Made by a program: the position numbers and the translations under genes. From NCBI GenBank assembly GCA_046292385.1, contig JBKBRF010000007.1, positions 112,738 through 176,737 on the forward strand: a stretch of DNA of 64,000 nucleotides, read 5' to 3'. Each line of letters starts with the position of its first letter. The stretch's first letter is position 1. Shown in pieces: positions 10,626 to 19,943 of the stretch. Under the pieces are notes generated by a model that was not told where the DNA came from, searched no databases, and saw only the letters and a list, made by a program, of their open reading frames with translations. Source of the DNA: Armatimonadota bacterium (lineage in GTDB: Bacteria > Armatimonadota > SYMT01).

Positions 10626-10766
10626 TCACATCCCTCGCAGCGGGACGTCGATTCCAGGTCGAGGCCCTACGTCTCGCGTCGCCGAGATTCTCCACATCAC
10701 CCCGAACACGATGGCGACGAGAACGATCGCCGCGATAGCGGCGATCTTGACGGTTTGGTTGGACAT
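10626..10766 (-). CDS. Small single-pass membrane protein (46 aa), not in the ORF track
   Basis: Manual translation MSNQTVKIAAIAAIVLVAIVFGVMWRISATRDVGPRPGIDVPLRGM*; TATAAT on the minus strand at 10803-10808. Confidence 0.55.
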   Translation of the reverse strand: MSNQTVKIAAIAAIVLVAIVFGVMWRISATRDVGPRPGIDVPLRGM

Positions 10767-10916
10767 GCCTAAGGGGTCCGGGCAAAAGTATGGGAGGCTT
10801 GCATTATAGCGGGGCAGGCGCGAAGCGGGGTTAAAAACTCGCTAATCGGCGAGCGTGCCCAGATCAGGAGGAAAGGCGCTGCCCTGGCTGCCCGCGAGGC
10901 AGGCGCACGCGCGGGA

Positions 10917-12044
10917 TCAGGCGGCCTGGCGGCGGCGGACGCGGGCTTCGGCGCGCTGCATGATCGCCTCGCGGGAGACCACGCCCTCCAGCTTGCCGTC
11001 ATGCATTACCAGCAGGCGGTTGGCGTCAGTCTCCACCATCTGGGTCAGCGCTTCCCACGCGTCCTGGTCGTCCCGCACCAGCCGCTCCTGGTCCGGCGCC
11101 TGGGCCAGGTCGCCCACCCGGGTGGCGGCCCAGCGCTCCCGCTTCAGCTCCCGCACGTCGTCCGTGGAGATCACGCCCACCAGCGTGGCGCCGCGAAGCA
11201 CCGGGTAGACGCTGTGGTCGTAGCGGAGCATGTACTGGTCGACGAACTCCGGGAGCGACATCTCCGCCTGCACCGCCGGCACGTCGTGCGCCATCACTTC
11301 CGCCACCGCGACCCCGTCCAGCAGGTTGCGGAGCACGAACTGCTGGTAGGCGGAGTGCGCCGCGGTGTGGAGGAACCAGCCGACCAGCACCAGCCACAAG
11401 CCGCTCAGCGTGCCCTGCCAGGCGACCATGTAGAGGCCGTACCAGATCAGCACCCAGGCGAAGAAGCGTCCCGCCAGGGAAGCCCAGCGAGTCGCCTTAC
11501 GGAGGTCGCCGGTAAAGTGCCAGATCCCGGCGCGGAGCATGCGACCTCCGTCCAGGGGAAAGCCCGGCACCAGGTTGAACGCCGCCAGCGCCAGGTTCAT
11601 CACGCCGAGGTAACCGAGCAGCAGCACCCAGGCGCGGTAGGCGATCTCGCGAGGCACGCTCCAGGCCATTCCGAGGCAGGCCAGCGCCAGCACGATGCTC
11701 ACCAGCGGGCCCACGCCCGCGATGAAGACCTCCTGCCGCGGCGCCTCCGGCTCACCCTTGATCTGCGCCACGCCTCCGAACAGGAAGAGCGTGATACCCT
11801 GGACCTCGCTGCCGTACCGGCGCGCCATCAGCGCGTGTGCCAGCTCGTGCACCAGCACGCTGGCAAAGAGCAGCACGGAGCCGGCGGCGCCGAGCGCCCA
11901 GCTCACCGCGCCCCGGATGAGCGGCGGCTCCGAGAAGAGGCCGACGGCGAGGTTCCAGGTGACGATCAGGAAGATCGCGAACCACGACCAGTCCAGCCGG
12001 ATCTCCACTCCCAGGATCCTGCCCAGCCGCAGCCCCGCTCCCAT
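10917..12044 (-). CDS. Site-2 protease (M50) with tandem CBS domains
   Basis: HELAH, NLVPGFPLDGG, C-terminal CBS pair. Confidence 0.95.
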   Translation of the reverse strand: MGAGLRLGRILGVEIRLDWSWFAIFLIVTWNLAVGLFSEPPLIRGAVSWALGAAGSVLLFASVLVHELAHALMARRYGSEVQGITLFLFGGVAQIKGEPEAPRQEVFIAGVGPLVSIVLALACLGMAWSVPREIAYRAWVLLLGYLGVMNLALAAFNLVPGFPLDGGRMLRAGIWHFTGDLRKATRWASLAGRFFAWVLIWYGLYMVAWQGTLSGLWLVLVGWFLHTAAHSAYQQFVLRNLLDGVAVAEVMAHDVPAVQAEMSLPEFVDQYMLRYDHSVYPVLRGATLVGVISTDDVRELKRERWAATRVGDLAQAPDQERLVRDDQDAWEALTQMVETDANRLLVMHDGKLEGVVSREAIMQRAEARVRRRQAA

Positions 12045-12183
12045 CGCCCTCAACTCCTCCCGCGCGTCCTACCCGGTGTTCGTGGGCCGCTTGCGCGGAC
12101 CTCTCCGGATCTTTACCCGGGCGCGGCGAGAGTTACGCTCCAGCGGCACAGAGTAGGCGCCGGGGCGGGTCGTTTGCGGGCGC

Positions 12184-12237
12184 GCAGGTTGCAAGTCGGC
12201 ACCCCGGTCTCCCGCGGGCTCGAAACCTGCAACCTGC
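12184..12237. repeat. Inverted pair of CAGGTTG heptamer repeats
   Basis: gcaggttgcaagt (12184-12196) vs acctgcaacctgc (12225-12237), 1 mismatch. Confidence 0.7.
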
Positions 12238-12271
12238 TCACCTGGCCACCGTGACTCGGCAGCGATACGGC

Positions 12272-12757
12272 CTAATAGCGGCCGCCGCGGCGATAGCGGT
12301 AATCGCGGCTCGGGTACCGGTCGTAGTTGGAGTACTGGCGGTCGTAATAGCCGCGGTCGTAGCGGCGGTAGTAGCGACCGCCGCGCGACCCGCCGTGCCG
12401 GCGCAGGTCTTCTTCCACGTCGTCCAGGTCGTCCATCCGCCGGTCGAACTCGCTCTCGGTGAGGTCGCGGTCGTTCCGGAGGAAGTCGTGGACGTCGTCC
12501 AGCTCGTCGTACAGGTCTTCCGCCTGGCGGCGGGTAATGGCGCGCTCGCGCTCCGCCAGACGGATGCGCTGGGCGAGCGCGTCCATGCGGCCGTAGAGGA
12601 CGCTGCGGTGGCGGTCCCGGCGGTAGTAGCCGCCGCTGCGGTAGCGGCGGTCGCACTCGCGGCAATCACAATCCCGGCCGTGCGCGTGCGCGGCGGGGGC
12701 GGCGACCGCGGTGACGGCGCCGACCACCAGCGCCAGCAGGGCGTGTCGTCGGTTCAT
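12272..12757 (-). CDS. Secreted Arg/Tyr/Asp-rich hypothetical protein
   Basis: Signal peptide MNRRHALLAL..AHA, AGGAG SD, CDCREC, helical core, RY-rich tails. Confidence 0.8.
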   Translation of the reverse strand: MNRRHALLALVVGAVTAVAAPAAHAHGRDCDCRECDRRYRSGGYYRRDRHRSVLYGRMDALAQRIRLAERERAITRRQAEDLYDELDDVHDFLRNDRDLTESEFDRRMDDLDDVEEDLRRHGGSRGGRYYRRYDRGYYDRQYSNYDRYPSRDYRYRRGGRY

Positions 12758-12936
12758 GAATAGACTCCTGGTTGGGATGAGGGATCGGACCCAAGAGGAG
12801 CAGCTCGCAAGCAGCCGGGCGCCCGCCCGGACTTTCAGCGATTCTCCCCCGAGCCCATTGCGGACAGGACCCAACTCGGCGACCCCCGGTTCCCCCGATT
12901 GACGGATAGAGCGTCCGGAGCTGAGTGGGGGAGGCC

Positions 12937-13160
12937 GAGGGATGAAGGATGAGGGATGAGGGATGAAGCCGGGCCCGCCGTGCGCGGAGGGTCCTGCTCC
13001 TGCTCTTGCTCCTGCTCACTGGCGACCGGGGTGTTCCCGGCACGTCCCCGAGAGCTCGCTCCAGGCGCGCTGATTGGGATGAAGGCGGGCCTTCCGGAAC
13101 TGCGTGGGAGAGTGGGAGAGCGCTGTTGGCGGTTTCAGGTTGGCAGGTTCCAGGTTTGCA
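12937..13160. repeat. Intergenic composite tandem repeats (GGATGAG heptamer, TCCTGC hexamer, GTGGGAGA octamer, CAGGTT heptamer)
   Basis: gggatgaaggatgagggatgagggatgaag; tcctgctcctgctcttgctcctgctc; gtgggagagtgggaga; ggtttcaggttggcaggttccaggttt. Confidence 0.8.
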
Positions 13161-13322
13161 CCCAAGTGGGTGGATCGGGGGCCAGAGAGCCGGTCCGCCG
13201 CCGGAGCCCACTCGCCCACCCGGCGCGGGAAAGTGGTAAAACGCCGCAGGGCGGGCGTGACGGGCCGGGCCTGCCGGGAACTACCCCATGCGTGCAGAGA
13301 AGAGAGCTTGAAAGGGAGCGGG

Positions 13323-13778
13323 ATGGAGGAGGAAACGCGCGAGGGAGTCGAGCTGCCGGGGCTGGGGTTCGATTTCCTGGACCGGGTCTACCGGACCTCG
13401 CTGATCGTGATGCTCTTCGGGGCGATGCTGCTCTGGAGCCGGTCCGGTCCTTCCGCGGCGCTGGGCTTCAACCTGGGCGCGGGGTTCAGCCTGGTCATGA
13501 TCAAGATGTGGGAATGGGCGATCCGGCGGTTCATCACGCCGGAGCGCCGCTCCAAGGGGGCAGTGGCGCTGGTGATGCTGCTCAAGGTCCCGGTGGTGGC
13601 CCTGGTGCTCTGGCTCGCCTACACCGGCGCGCAGCAGGGGTGGATCTCGCTGGTCTGGGTGATCGCCGGCTTCGCGGTCCCGCACGTGGTGCTGGTGCTC
13701 AAGCTGGTCGGCCGCAAGCTGAACGACCTGGTGGGCGCGGACGAGGCGCTCCGCCCGCCGACCCGGAGGTCCAAATAG
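13323..13778 (+). CDS. Four-TM membrane protein, ATP synthase subunit I (AtpI)-like
   Basis: AALGFNLGAGFSL..LLKVPVVALVLW..GFAVP topology resembles AtpI; no atp genes adjacent. Confidence 0.6.
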   Translation: MEEETREGVELPGLGFDFLDRVYRTSLIVMLFGAMLLWSRSGPSAALGFNLGAGFSLVMIKMWEWAIRRFITPERRSKGAVALVMLLKVPVVALVLWLAYTGAQQGWISLVWVIAGFAVPHVVLVLKLVGRKLNDLVGADEALRPPTRRSK

Positions 13779-13924
13779 CCGGGAGCCGATCTGAACCAGC
13801 CTGACTGGCTCCCGCGGGTCTGGCCGGCTTCGCTTCCGTGGACGCGGCTCCATGCGTCCAGGGTCACGAAGCCGGCCGTAACTCCGATCCACTCCTGTAC
13901 CCACCGCCACGCTGTTTGGCGGCG

Positions 13925-14548
13925 CTACCCCCTCACGCTGAGCCAGGGCCGGATGTCGACCGCCTGCATGCCCGCCCGGTGCGCGGCTTCCAGGCCGAGG
14001 TTGCTGTCTTCGAAGACGACACACTCCGTCGCCGGCACGCCGATCCGCTCGGCGGCGAGGAGGAAGAGGTCCGGCTCCGGCTTGCCGCGCTCCACGTCTT
14101 CCGCCGTGCAGACGGCGTCGAACAGCGGGGCGATCTTCAGCGCCTCCAGCGTCTGGTCCACCAGCCGCCGCAGGCCGCCGGAGGCGACCGCCATCGGGTG
14201 GCGGCCGTGGTACTCTCGCACCAGCTCCACCACCCGCTCTACGGGCGTCAGTTCCGGAAGCAGCTCCTCGTAGCGGTTCTCCTTACGGTGCGCGATCTCC
14301 GCGGGATCGAGCGAGTAACCGAACCGCCGGTTCAGAATCGGGACGATATCAATGGTGGGAACTCCGCCCAGGTCGTAGAAGAGCTGCTCCGGCATGTGCG
14401 CGTCGAAGGCGGCCAGGGTCTCGCTCCACGCACGGAAGTGGAGCGGCATCGTGTCGGCCAGCGTGCCGTCGCAGTCGAAGATGGCGCCGCGGAAGGCGCG
14501 GGTCACGGCGCTGAGCGGGTCCGCGATTGTCGTGTCAGAAGGTGCCAT
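13925..14548 (-). CDS. HAD-superfamily phosphatase (YqaB/beta-PGM-like)
   Basis: FDCDGTLADT, GKPEPD, VFEDS. Confidence 0.93.
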   Translation of the reverse strand: MAPSDTTIADPLSAVTRAFRGAIFDCDGTLADTMPLHFRAWSETLAAFDAHMPEQLFYDLGGVPTIDIVPILNRRFGYSLDPAEIAHRKENRYEELLPELTPVERVVELVREYHGRHPMAVASGGLRRLVDQTLEALKIAPLFDAVCTAEDVERGKPEPDLFLLAAERIGVPATECVVFEDSNLGLEAAHRAGMQAVDIRPWLSVRG

Positions 14549-14710
14549 TGGGGTCTCTGCAGTCCGTCCGGGGCGCGTGCCCCGTGTATTATAGGTCGGA
14601 CCTTCCGGAAACCCTCGGTCTCCCCGTGTTTGAGTGCTCGCTCGCCGAGGGAAGAGTGGACCGGTTGGGTAACTCGGGAAAAACTAGCGAACGCGTGATC
14701 AAACTTCTCG

Positions 14711-14739
14711 TTGACTCCCGGCAAGCAGGCGGCTATACT
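14711..14739 (+). promoter_or_regulatory. Near-consensus sigma70/sigmaA promoter
   Basis: TTGACT (14711-16), 17-bp spacer, TATACT (14734-39). Confidence 0.8.
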
Positions 14740-14804
14740 GCAAACAGACGTTCGCAGTCAAGACGCTGGCCTTGGATCGTGATCAGACGGAAGCGAGGAC
14801 TCAG

Positions 14805-14984
14805 ATGGCGACTCTGAAGCTTTTTCGAAAGGTTCGGGAGACGTTGGTGACCTGGGGCTGGGTGCCCCGCCGCAGCTTCGGGATGCGGCGCCACCCCGCC
14901 GGCGTGGTCCGCAGCCGGCTCGCCCGCCGCGGCAGCTCGCGCCGCTTCCGTCACGTTCCGCTCAAGCGGCTGCTGCGTTTGTAA
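14805..14984 (+). CDS. Small highly basic protein (59 aa)
   Basis: GAGGA SD then MATLKLFRKVRETLVTWGWVPRRSFGMRRH...; flanked by a promoter and a hairpin. Confidence 0.7.
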   Translation: MATLKLFRKVRETLVTWGWVPRRSFGMRRHPAGVVRSRLARRGSSRRFRHVPLKRLLRL

Positions 14985-15011
14985 GCGGCAGCGCCACTTT
15001 AGAGATTCTCT

Positions 15012-15056
15012 GGGCCGGAGACCGCAGCGCGCGCTGCGGTCTCCGGCCCGGTTTGC
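15012..15056 (+). terminator. Long GC-rich hairpin, probable terminator
   Basis: GGGCCGGAGACCGCAGCG..CGCTGCGGTCTCCGGCCC followed by only a short GGTTT. Confidence 0.55.
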
Positions 15057-15133
15057 ATGTGCGGGAGGATAGGGAGCCGGCTTCGCTCGGGTAGAACAGG
15101 AGAGCGCGGCAGGCAGAGGAGACGGACGAGAGC

Positions 15134-18100
15134 ATGGCGGCGGGTGAGTTGGCGGGTCGGCTGCGGGACCGGATTCCCGAGATCCTCCGCCGATGGCGGG
15201 CAACGGCGCCGACAGAGGCCGGGGAAGACGCCGCGACGGACGCGCAGGAGGGCTATTTCCACGCGTTCCTGCTGCGCCTGGCCCAGGCCCTGGAGACCTC
15301 CGGCGCCTCCCCGGCCGCCGGAGCCCCGCCGGAAGTCTTCGCCCTCCCGGAGCTGGTGCGGGAGCTGCGGCGGCTGCGCGAGCTTGTCCTGGAAGCGCTG
15401 GAGCGGGACGGCGCGCTGGAGCCGGAGGCGCGGACGCGGCTGCTGACGCGGTTCGCGGAGCAGGGCGACCTCTCCCTCACTTCGGCGGCGGAGCGCCTGG
15501 TGCGGGAGCAGGCGGCGGCGCGGGAGCGGCAGGAGGAGCACCACCGGCTGCTGCTCGACGCGGCGCGGGACTTCGCTTTCATGACGATGGATCCCGACGG
15601 GAAGGTCCTGACCTGGAGCTCCGGCGCGGAGCAGATCACCGGCTACTCCGCCGCGGAGATCCTCGGCGAGAGCGCGGACCGGCTTTTCACCCGGGAGGAC
15701 CGCGCCCAGGGCGCGCCGGAGGAAGAGCGGCGGACGGCCCTCGTCACCGGGCGCGCGGAAGACGAGCGGTGGCACCTCCGGAAAGATGGGCGGCGTTTCT
15801 ACGCGTCCGGCGTCATGCGCCCGCTGCCGCCCGCGAACGGCGCGCCCGCCGGGTTCGTGAAGGTGCTGCGGGACGCGACCGACCGCAAGCTGGGGGAGCT
15901 GCGTCAGCGTGCCCGCTTCGAGCTCGGCAGCGTGCTGGCGGAGGCCCAGGGCCTGGCCGACGCGGCCCCGCGGGTGCTCGGGATCCTCGGCGGCTCCACC
16001 GGCTGGAGCTTCGGCGCGCTCTGGGCGCTGGAGGAGAGCGCCGACGCGCTCCGCTGCGTCAGCACCTGGCGCGCTCCCGGCGTGAGCTGTCCGGAGTTCG
16101 AGGCCCGCACGCGCGGGGCGCGGTTCCGCGCCGGAGAAGGGCTGCCCGGCACCGTGTGGCTCTCCAACCAGCCGGTCTGGATCGCCGAGGTGGAGCAGTC
16201 CGCGAACTTTCCGCGCCTCCTGGTAGCCGTCCGGGAAGGGCTGCAGACCGGCTTCGCCATGCCGATCGTCGCCGGCCGGCAGCTCGTCGGCGTGGTGGAG
16301 TTCTTCTCTCGCGACGTGCGCCCGGCGGAGCCGGAGCTGGTCCGCGCGTTCGAGCAGTTCGTCGGCCAGCTGGGTCAGTTCCTGGAGCACCAGCGGGCTC
16401 GCGCCTCCCTGGCGCGCTCCGAGGCGCGGAAGTCGGCGATGCTGGAGGCGGCGCTCGACGCGATCATCACGATCGACCGCGAGGATCGAGTCCTGGAGTT
16501 CAACCCGGCCGCGGAGGCGATGTTCGGGTACACGCGAGAGGAAGCGCTGGGCCAGCTGCTCGCGGAGCTGATCGTGCCCCCGTCGCTCCGGGCCGCTCAC
16601 CTGGCCGGCATGGAGCGGTACCTGACGAACGGCGAGGCGCGCGTGCTGGGGAGGCGGATCGAGCTGCCGGCCCTTCGCCGGGACGGGAGTGTCTTTCCGG
16701 TGGAGCTCACCATCACCCGCATTCCCGCGCCGGAGGGCGATCCGCTCTTTACCGCGTACCTGCGAGACATCAGCGAGCGTAAGCGGATGGAAGGGGCGCT
16801 GCGGGACCAGCTCGACTTCACCCGCGCGGTGATGACGAGCCTGGGGGAGGGGGTCTACGCGCTCGACCACGGCGGCAGGATCAGCTTCGCCAACCCGGCG
16901 GCGGAGCGGCTGCTCGGCTGGACGCAGGAAGAGCTGCTCGGCCGCAGCCTCCACACACTCGTGCACGGAGAGGTGAGCGAAGCGGAATGCGCCCTGCTCG
17001 AGGCGCTTCGCTCCGGCGGCCGCATCACCCAGCACGAGGACCACTTTGTCCGGAAGGACGGCACCGCGATCCCGGTGGTCTGTTCGTTCGCGCCGCTCCT
17101 GGCGGGAGAGGAGATCGCCGGGGCGGTGCTCACCTTCCAGGACATCTCCGCCCGGAAACACGCGGAAGAGCTGCTCTGGGAGCAGGCGTCCCTCGGACGC
17201 CTCGGCACGGCGGTGAGCGAGGCGCTGACCGGCAGCGGCGAGCTGGAAGAGGTGCTCCAGCGGTGCTGCGAGGCGCTGGTGGAGCACCTCGGCGCCAGCG
17301 TGGCCCGCGTCTGGCGCCTGGACGAGGCGGGCGCCGGCTTGGAGCAGAGTGCCTCCGCGGGGCTGGAGAGCGGCCCCTATCAGGCCGTGGGGCGGGCGCC
17401 GCTGGAGGGGAGCCGGATCGGCTGGATCGCCCGGGAGGGGCTTCCGCATCTCACCAACGACGCGCCGAACGATCCTCAGATCGGGGAGCGGGAGTGGGTG
17501 CGGCGAGAGGGACTCACCGCCTTCGCGGGGTATCCGCTGATTGTGGAAGAGCGGGTGATCGGGGTCGTCGCGCTCTTCGCCCGCCGCCCGCTCTCGGACC
17601 AGGTCCTCCGCGCGCTCGCCTCCGTGGCGGAGGGGGTCGCCCAGTTCATCGATCGCAAGCGCCTGGAAGAATACCTCCTGCTGCGGACCGACCAGCTTCT
17701 GGAGGCGGACCGCCGCAAGAACGAGTTCCTCGCCACGCTGGCGCACGAGCTCCGCAACCCGCTGGCGCCGATCCGGAGCGCCGTGGAGCTGATGCGGCTG
17801 CGCGGCGAGAGCGACCCGATGCTGAGACGCGCCCGGGAGACGGTGGAGCGGCAGGTCCAGCAGATGAGCCGCCTGGTGGAAGACCTGCTCGACGTCGCCC
17901 GGATCACCCGCGGCACGATCGAGCTGCGCCGGGAGCGGGCCTCGCTGACGGAGGTCGCGCGGCACGCTGCCCAGACCGCGCGCCCCTTCCTGGAGCAGCG
18001 GCGACACCAGTTCGTCCTCGACCTTCCGGACGAGCCGCTCGAGTTGGAGGGCGACCCGACGCGGCTGGAGCAGGTGGTGGTGAACCTGCTCACCAACGCC

Positions 18101-18862
18101 GCCAAGTTTACGCCGCCGGAGGGGCGCGTGGAGCTGCGGCTCCGGCACGAAGGGGAATGCGCGGTGCTCCGCGTCCGGGACACCGGGAAGGGGATCCCCG
18201 CGGAGATGCTTCCCCAGATCTTCGAGCTGTTCACCCAGGTGAATCCCACCATCGACCGGGCGGAGGGCGGGCTCGGTCTCGGGCTCACCCTGGTGCGCAA
18301 CCTGGTGCGGATGCACGGCGGCACCGTCGAGGCGCGCAGCGAGGGGCGGGGGCGAGGCAGCGAGTTTGTCGTCCGGCTGCCGCTCCTTCCGCCGGGGTAC
18401 GAGGGGGTGCCCGCCCCGGCGGCGGGTGTGGCTCCGGGAGCGCCGCGCCCGGTGACCGGCACCCGCGTGCTGGTGGTCGACGACAACCGCGACGCCTCCG
18501 AGACGCTGGGTGATCTGCTCTCGCTGTGGGGGTATGAAGTGGAGACGGCCTACTCCGGCCCGGAAGCGCTGGAGATTGCCCGCGTCTTCCGCCCGGACGC
18601 CGTGCTGCTCGACATCGGCCTGCCGGGGATGGACGGCTACGAGGTGGCGCGGCGCCTGCGCGGCGATCCGGAGCTCGCGTCGGCCTGCCTGCTGGCGATG
18701 ACCGGCTACGGGCAGGAAGAGGCGCGCCGGCGCTCCCACGAGGCCGGCTTCGACCAGCATCTGGTGAAACCGGTCGATCCGGAGCTGCTGCGGAAGCTGC
18801 TGGCGCCGGTGGGCGAGCCGGGGACCGGTGACGCGCGATCATCCCAGGGAGGCACCGAATGA
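15134..18862 (+). CDS. Hybrid sensor histidine kinase (PAS/GAF arrays, HisKA, HATPase, receiver)
   Basis: FLATLAHELRNPL, NLLTNAAKFT, DTGKGI, GLGLGL, DIGLPGMDG. Confidence 0.95.
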   Translation: MAAGELAGRLRDRIPEILRRWRATAPTEAGEDAATDAQEGYFHAFLLRLAQALETSGASPAAGAPPEVFALPELVRELRRLRELVLEALERDGALEPEARTRLLTRFAEQGDLSLTSAAERLVREQAAARERQEEHHRLLLDAARDFAFMTMDPDGKVLTWSSGAEQITGYSAAEILGESADRLFTREDRAQGAPEEERRTALVTGRAEDERWHLRKDGRRFYASGVMRPLPPANGAPAGFVKVLRDATDRKLGELRQRARFELGSVLAEAQGLADAAPRVLGILGGSTGWSFGALWALEESADALRCVSTWRAPGVSCPEFEARTRGARFRAGEGLPGTVWLSNQPVWIAEVEQSANFPRLLVAVREGLQTGFAMPIVAGRQLVGVVEFFSRDVRPAEPELVRAFEQFVGQLGQFLEHQRARASLARSEARKSAMLEAALDAIITIDREDRVLEFNPAAEAMFGYTREEALGQLLAELIVPPSLRAAHLAGMERYLTNGEARVLGRRIELPALRRDGSVFPVELTITRIPAPEGDPLFTAYLRDISERKRMEGALRDQLDFTRAVMTSLGEGVYALDHGGRISFANPAAERLLGWTQEELLGRSLHTLVHGEVSEAECALLEALRSGGRITQHEDHFVRKDGTAIPVVCSFAPLLAGEEIAGAVLTFQDISARKHAEELLWEQASLGRLGTAVSEALTGSGELEEVLQRCCEALVEHLGASVARVWRLDEAGAGLEQSASAGLESGPYQAVGRAPLEGSRIGWIAREGLPHLTNDAPNDPQIGEREWVRREGLTAFAGYPLIVEERVIGVVALFARRPLSDQVLRALASVAEGVAQFIDRKRLEEYLLLRTDQLLEADRRKNEFLATLAHELRNPLAPIRSAVELMRLRGESDPMLRRARETVERQVQQMSRLVEDLLDVARITRGTIELRRERASLTEVARHAAQTARPFLEQRRHQFVLDLPDEPLELEGDPTRLEQVVVNLLTNAAKFTPPEGRVELRLRHEGECAVLRVRDTGKGIPAEMLPQIFELFTQVNPTIDRAEGGLGLGLTLVRNLVRMHGGTVEARSEGRGRGSEFVVRLPLLPPGYEGVPAPAAGVAPGAPRPVTGTRVLVVDDNRDASETLGDLLSLWGYEVETAYSGPEALEIARVFRPDAVLLDIGLPGMDGYEVARRLRGDPELASACLLAMTGYGQEEARRRSHEAGFDQHLVKPVDPELLRKLLAPVGEPGTGDARSSQGGTE

Positions 18863-18909
18863 GCGCAGTAGAGCCCCGGCTCCGGCCGGCCGCGCCGGGA
18901 GCCTGATTC

Positions 18910-19887
18910 ATGGACAGCGGCCTCTTCCCGGTGCTGGATCCGTTCCAGGCGCGGCTTCGGGCGGAGGGGCTGTCGCTGCGGCGCGGGGCACTGCGGGTGC
19001 TGCAGGTGAACGTCGGCAAGCTCTGCAACCAGGTCTGCCGGCACTGCCACGTCGACGCCGGCCCGCACCGCACGGAGCAGATGACGGCCGAGACCGCGGA
19101 GGAGGTGCTCGCCGCGGCGGAGCGGCTGCGTCCGGAGACGGTCGACCTCACCGGCGGCGCTCCGGAGCTGAACCCCCACTTCGAACGGCTCGTCACCGGC
19201 GCCCGCCGCCTCGGCTGCCGGGTGATCGACCGCTGCAACCTCACCGTGCTGCTGCTTCCCGGGAAAGAGCGGCTCGCCGGCTTCCTGGCGGAGCAGCGCG
19301 TGGAGGTGGTCGCCTCGCTCCCCTGCTACCTCGGGGAGAATGTCGACGCCCAGCGCGGCCGCGGCGTCTTCGAGCAGAGCCTGGAGGCGCTCCGCAGGCT
19401 GAACGCACTCGGCTACGGCGACGCGAGCAGCGGGTTGGAGCTGTGCCTGGTCTACAACCCGCTCGGCCCGCAGCTTCCCCCGCCCCAGGCGGAGCTGGAG
19501 ACCGCCTACCGGGAGGAGCTCCGCGCGCGCTACGGTCTCCGCTTCACCCGCCTCTACGCCCTCACCAACATGCCGATCCACCGCTTCGCGCAGTCGCTCC
19601 ACAAGCAGGGCCGGTACCAGGAGTACCTGTCGCTCCTCGCCGGCGCCTTCAATCCGGCCGCCGTGGAGGGGCTGATGTGCCGGGACACCTTGAGCATCGG
19701 GTGGGACGGCGCGGTCTACGACTGCGACTTCAACCAGATGCTGGAGCTCCCGGCCGGCGCCCCCGCGCGCCACGTCCGCGACCTGCAACCCGGCCTGCTC
19801 CCCGGCGCCCCGATCGCCACCGCGGAGCACTGCTTCGGCTGCACTGCCGGCGCCGGCAGCAGCTGCGGCGGCGCCGTGGCAGGCTGA
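18910..19887 (+). CDS. arsS: ArsS-family radical SAM protein (DUF3641), Cys form
   Basis: LQVNVGKLCNQVCRHCHVDAGP, LMCRDTLS, YDCDFNQML, HCFGCTAGAGSSCGG. Confidence 0.88.
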   Translation: MDSGLFPVLDPFQARLRAEGLSLRRGALRVLQVNVGKLCNQVCRHCHVDAGPHRTEQMTAETAEEVLAAAERLRPETVDLTGGAPELNPHFERLVTGARRLGCRVIDRCNLTVLLLPGKERLAGFLAEQRVEVVASLPCYLGENVDAQRGRGVFEQSLEALRRLNALGYGDASSGLELCLVYNPLGPQLPPPQAELETAYREELRARYGLRFTRLYALTNMPIHRFAQSLHKQGRYQEYLSLLAGAFNPAAVEGLMCRDTLSIGWDGAVYDCDFNQMLELPAGAPARHVRDLQPGLLPGAPIATAEHCFGCTAGAGSSCGGAVAG

Positions 19888-19943
19888 ATGCGGCTATCTT
19901 CCCGCAAACCTCTGCGTCTATCGCTCGGGAGAGCTGGAGGACG

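Noticed and set aside
14999..18760. 1253-aa antisense ORF and many other long overlapping ORFs
   Set aside because: Shadow ORFs expected at ~70% GC opposite well-supported genes; no motifs.
18904..18906. In-frame TGA upstream of arsS as a second Sec codon
   Set aside because: The ATG at 18910 has its own GGGAG SD, the position is outside the conserved domain, and the downstream hairpin has a pyrimidine-only loop.
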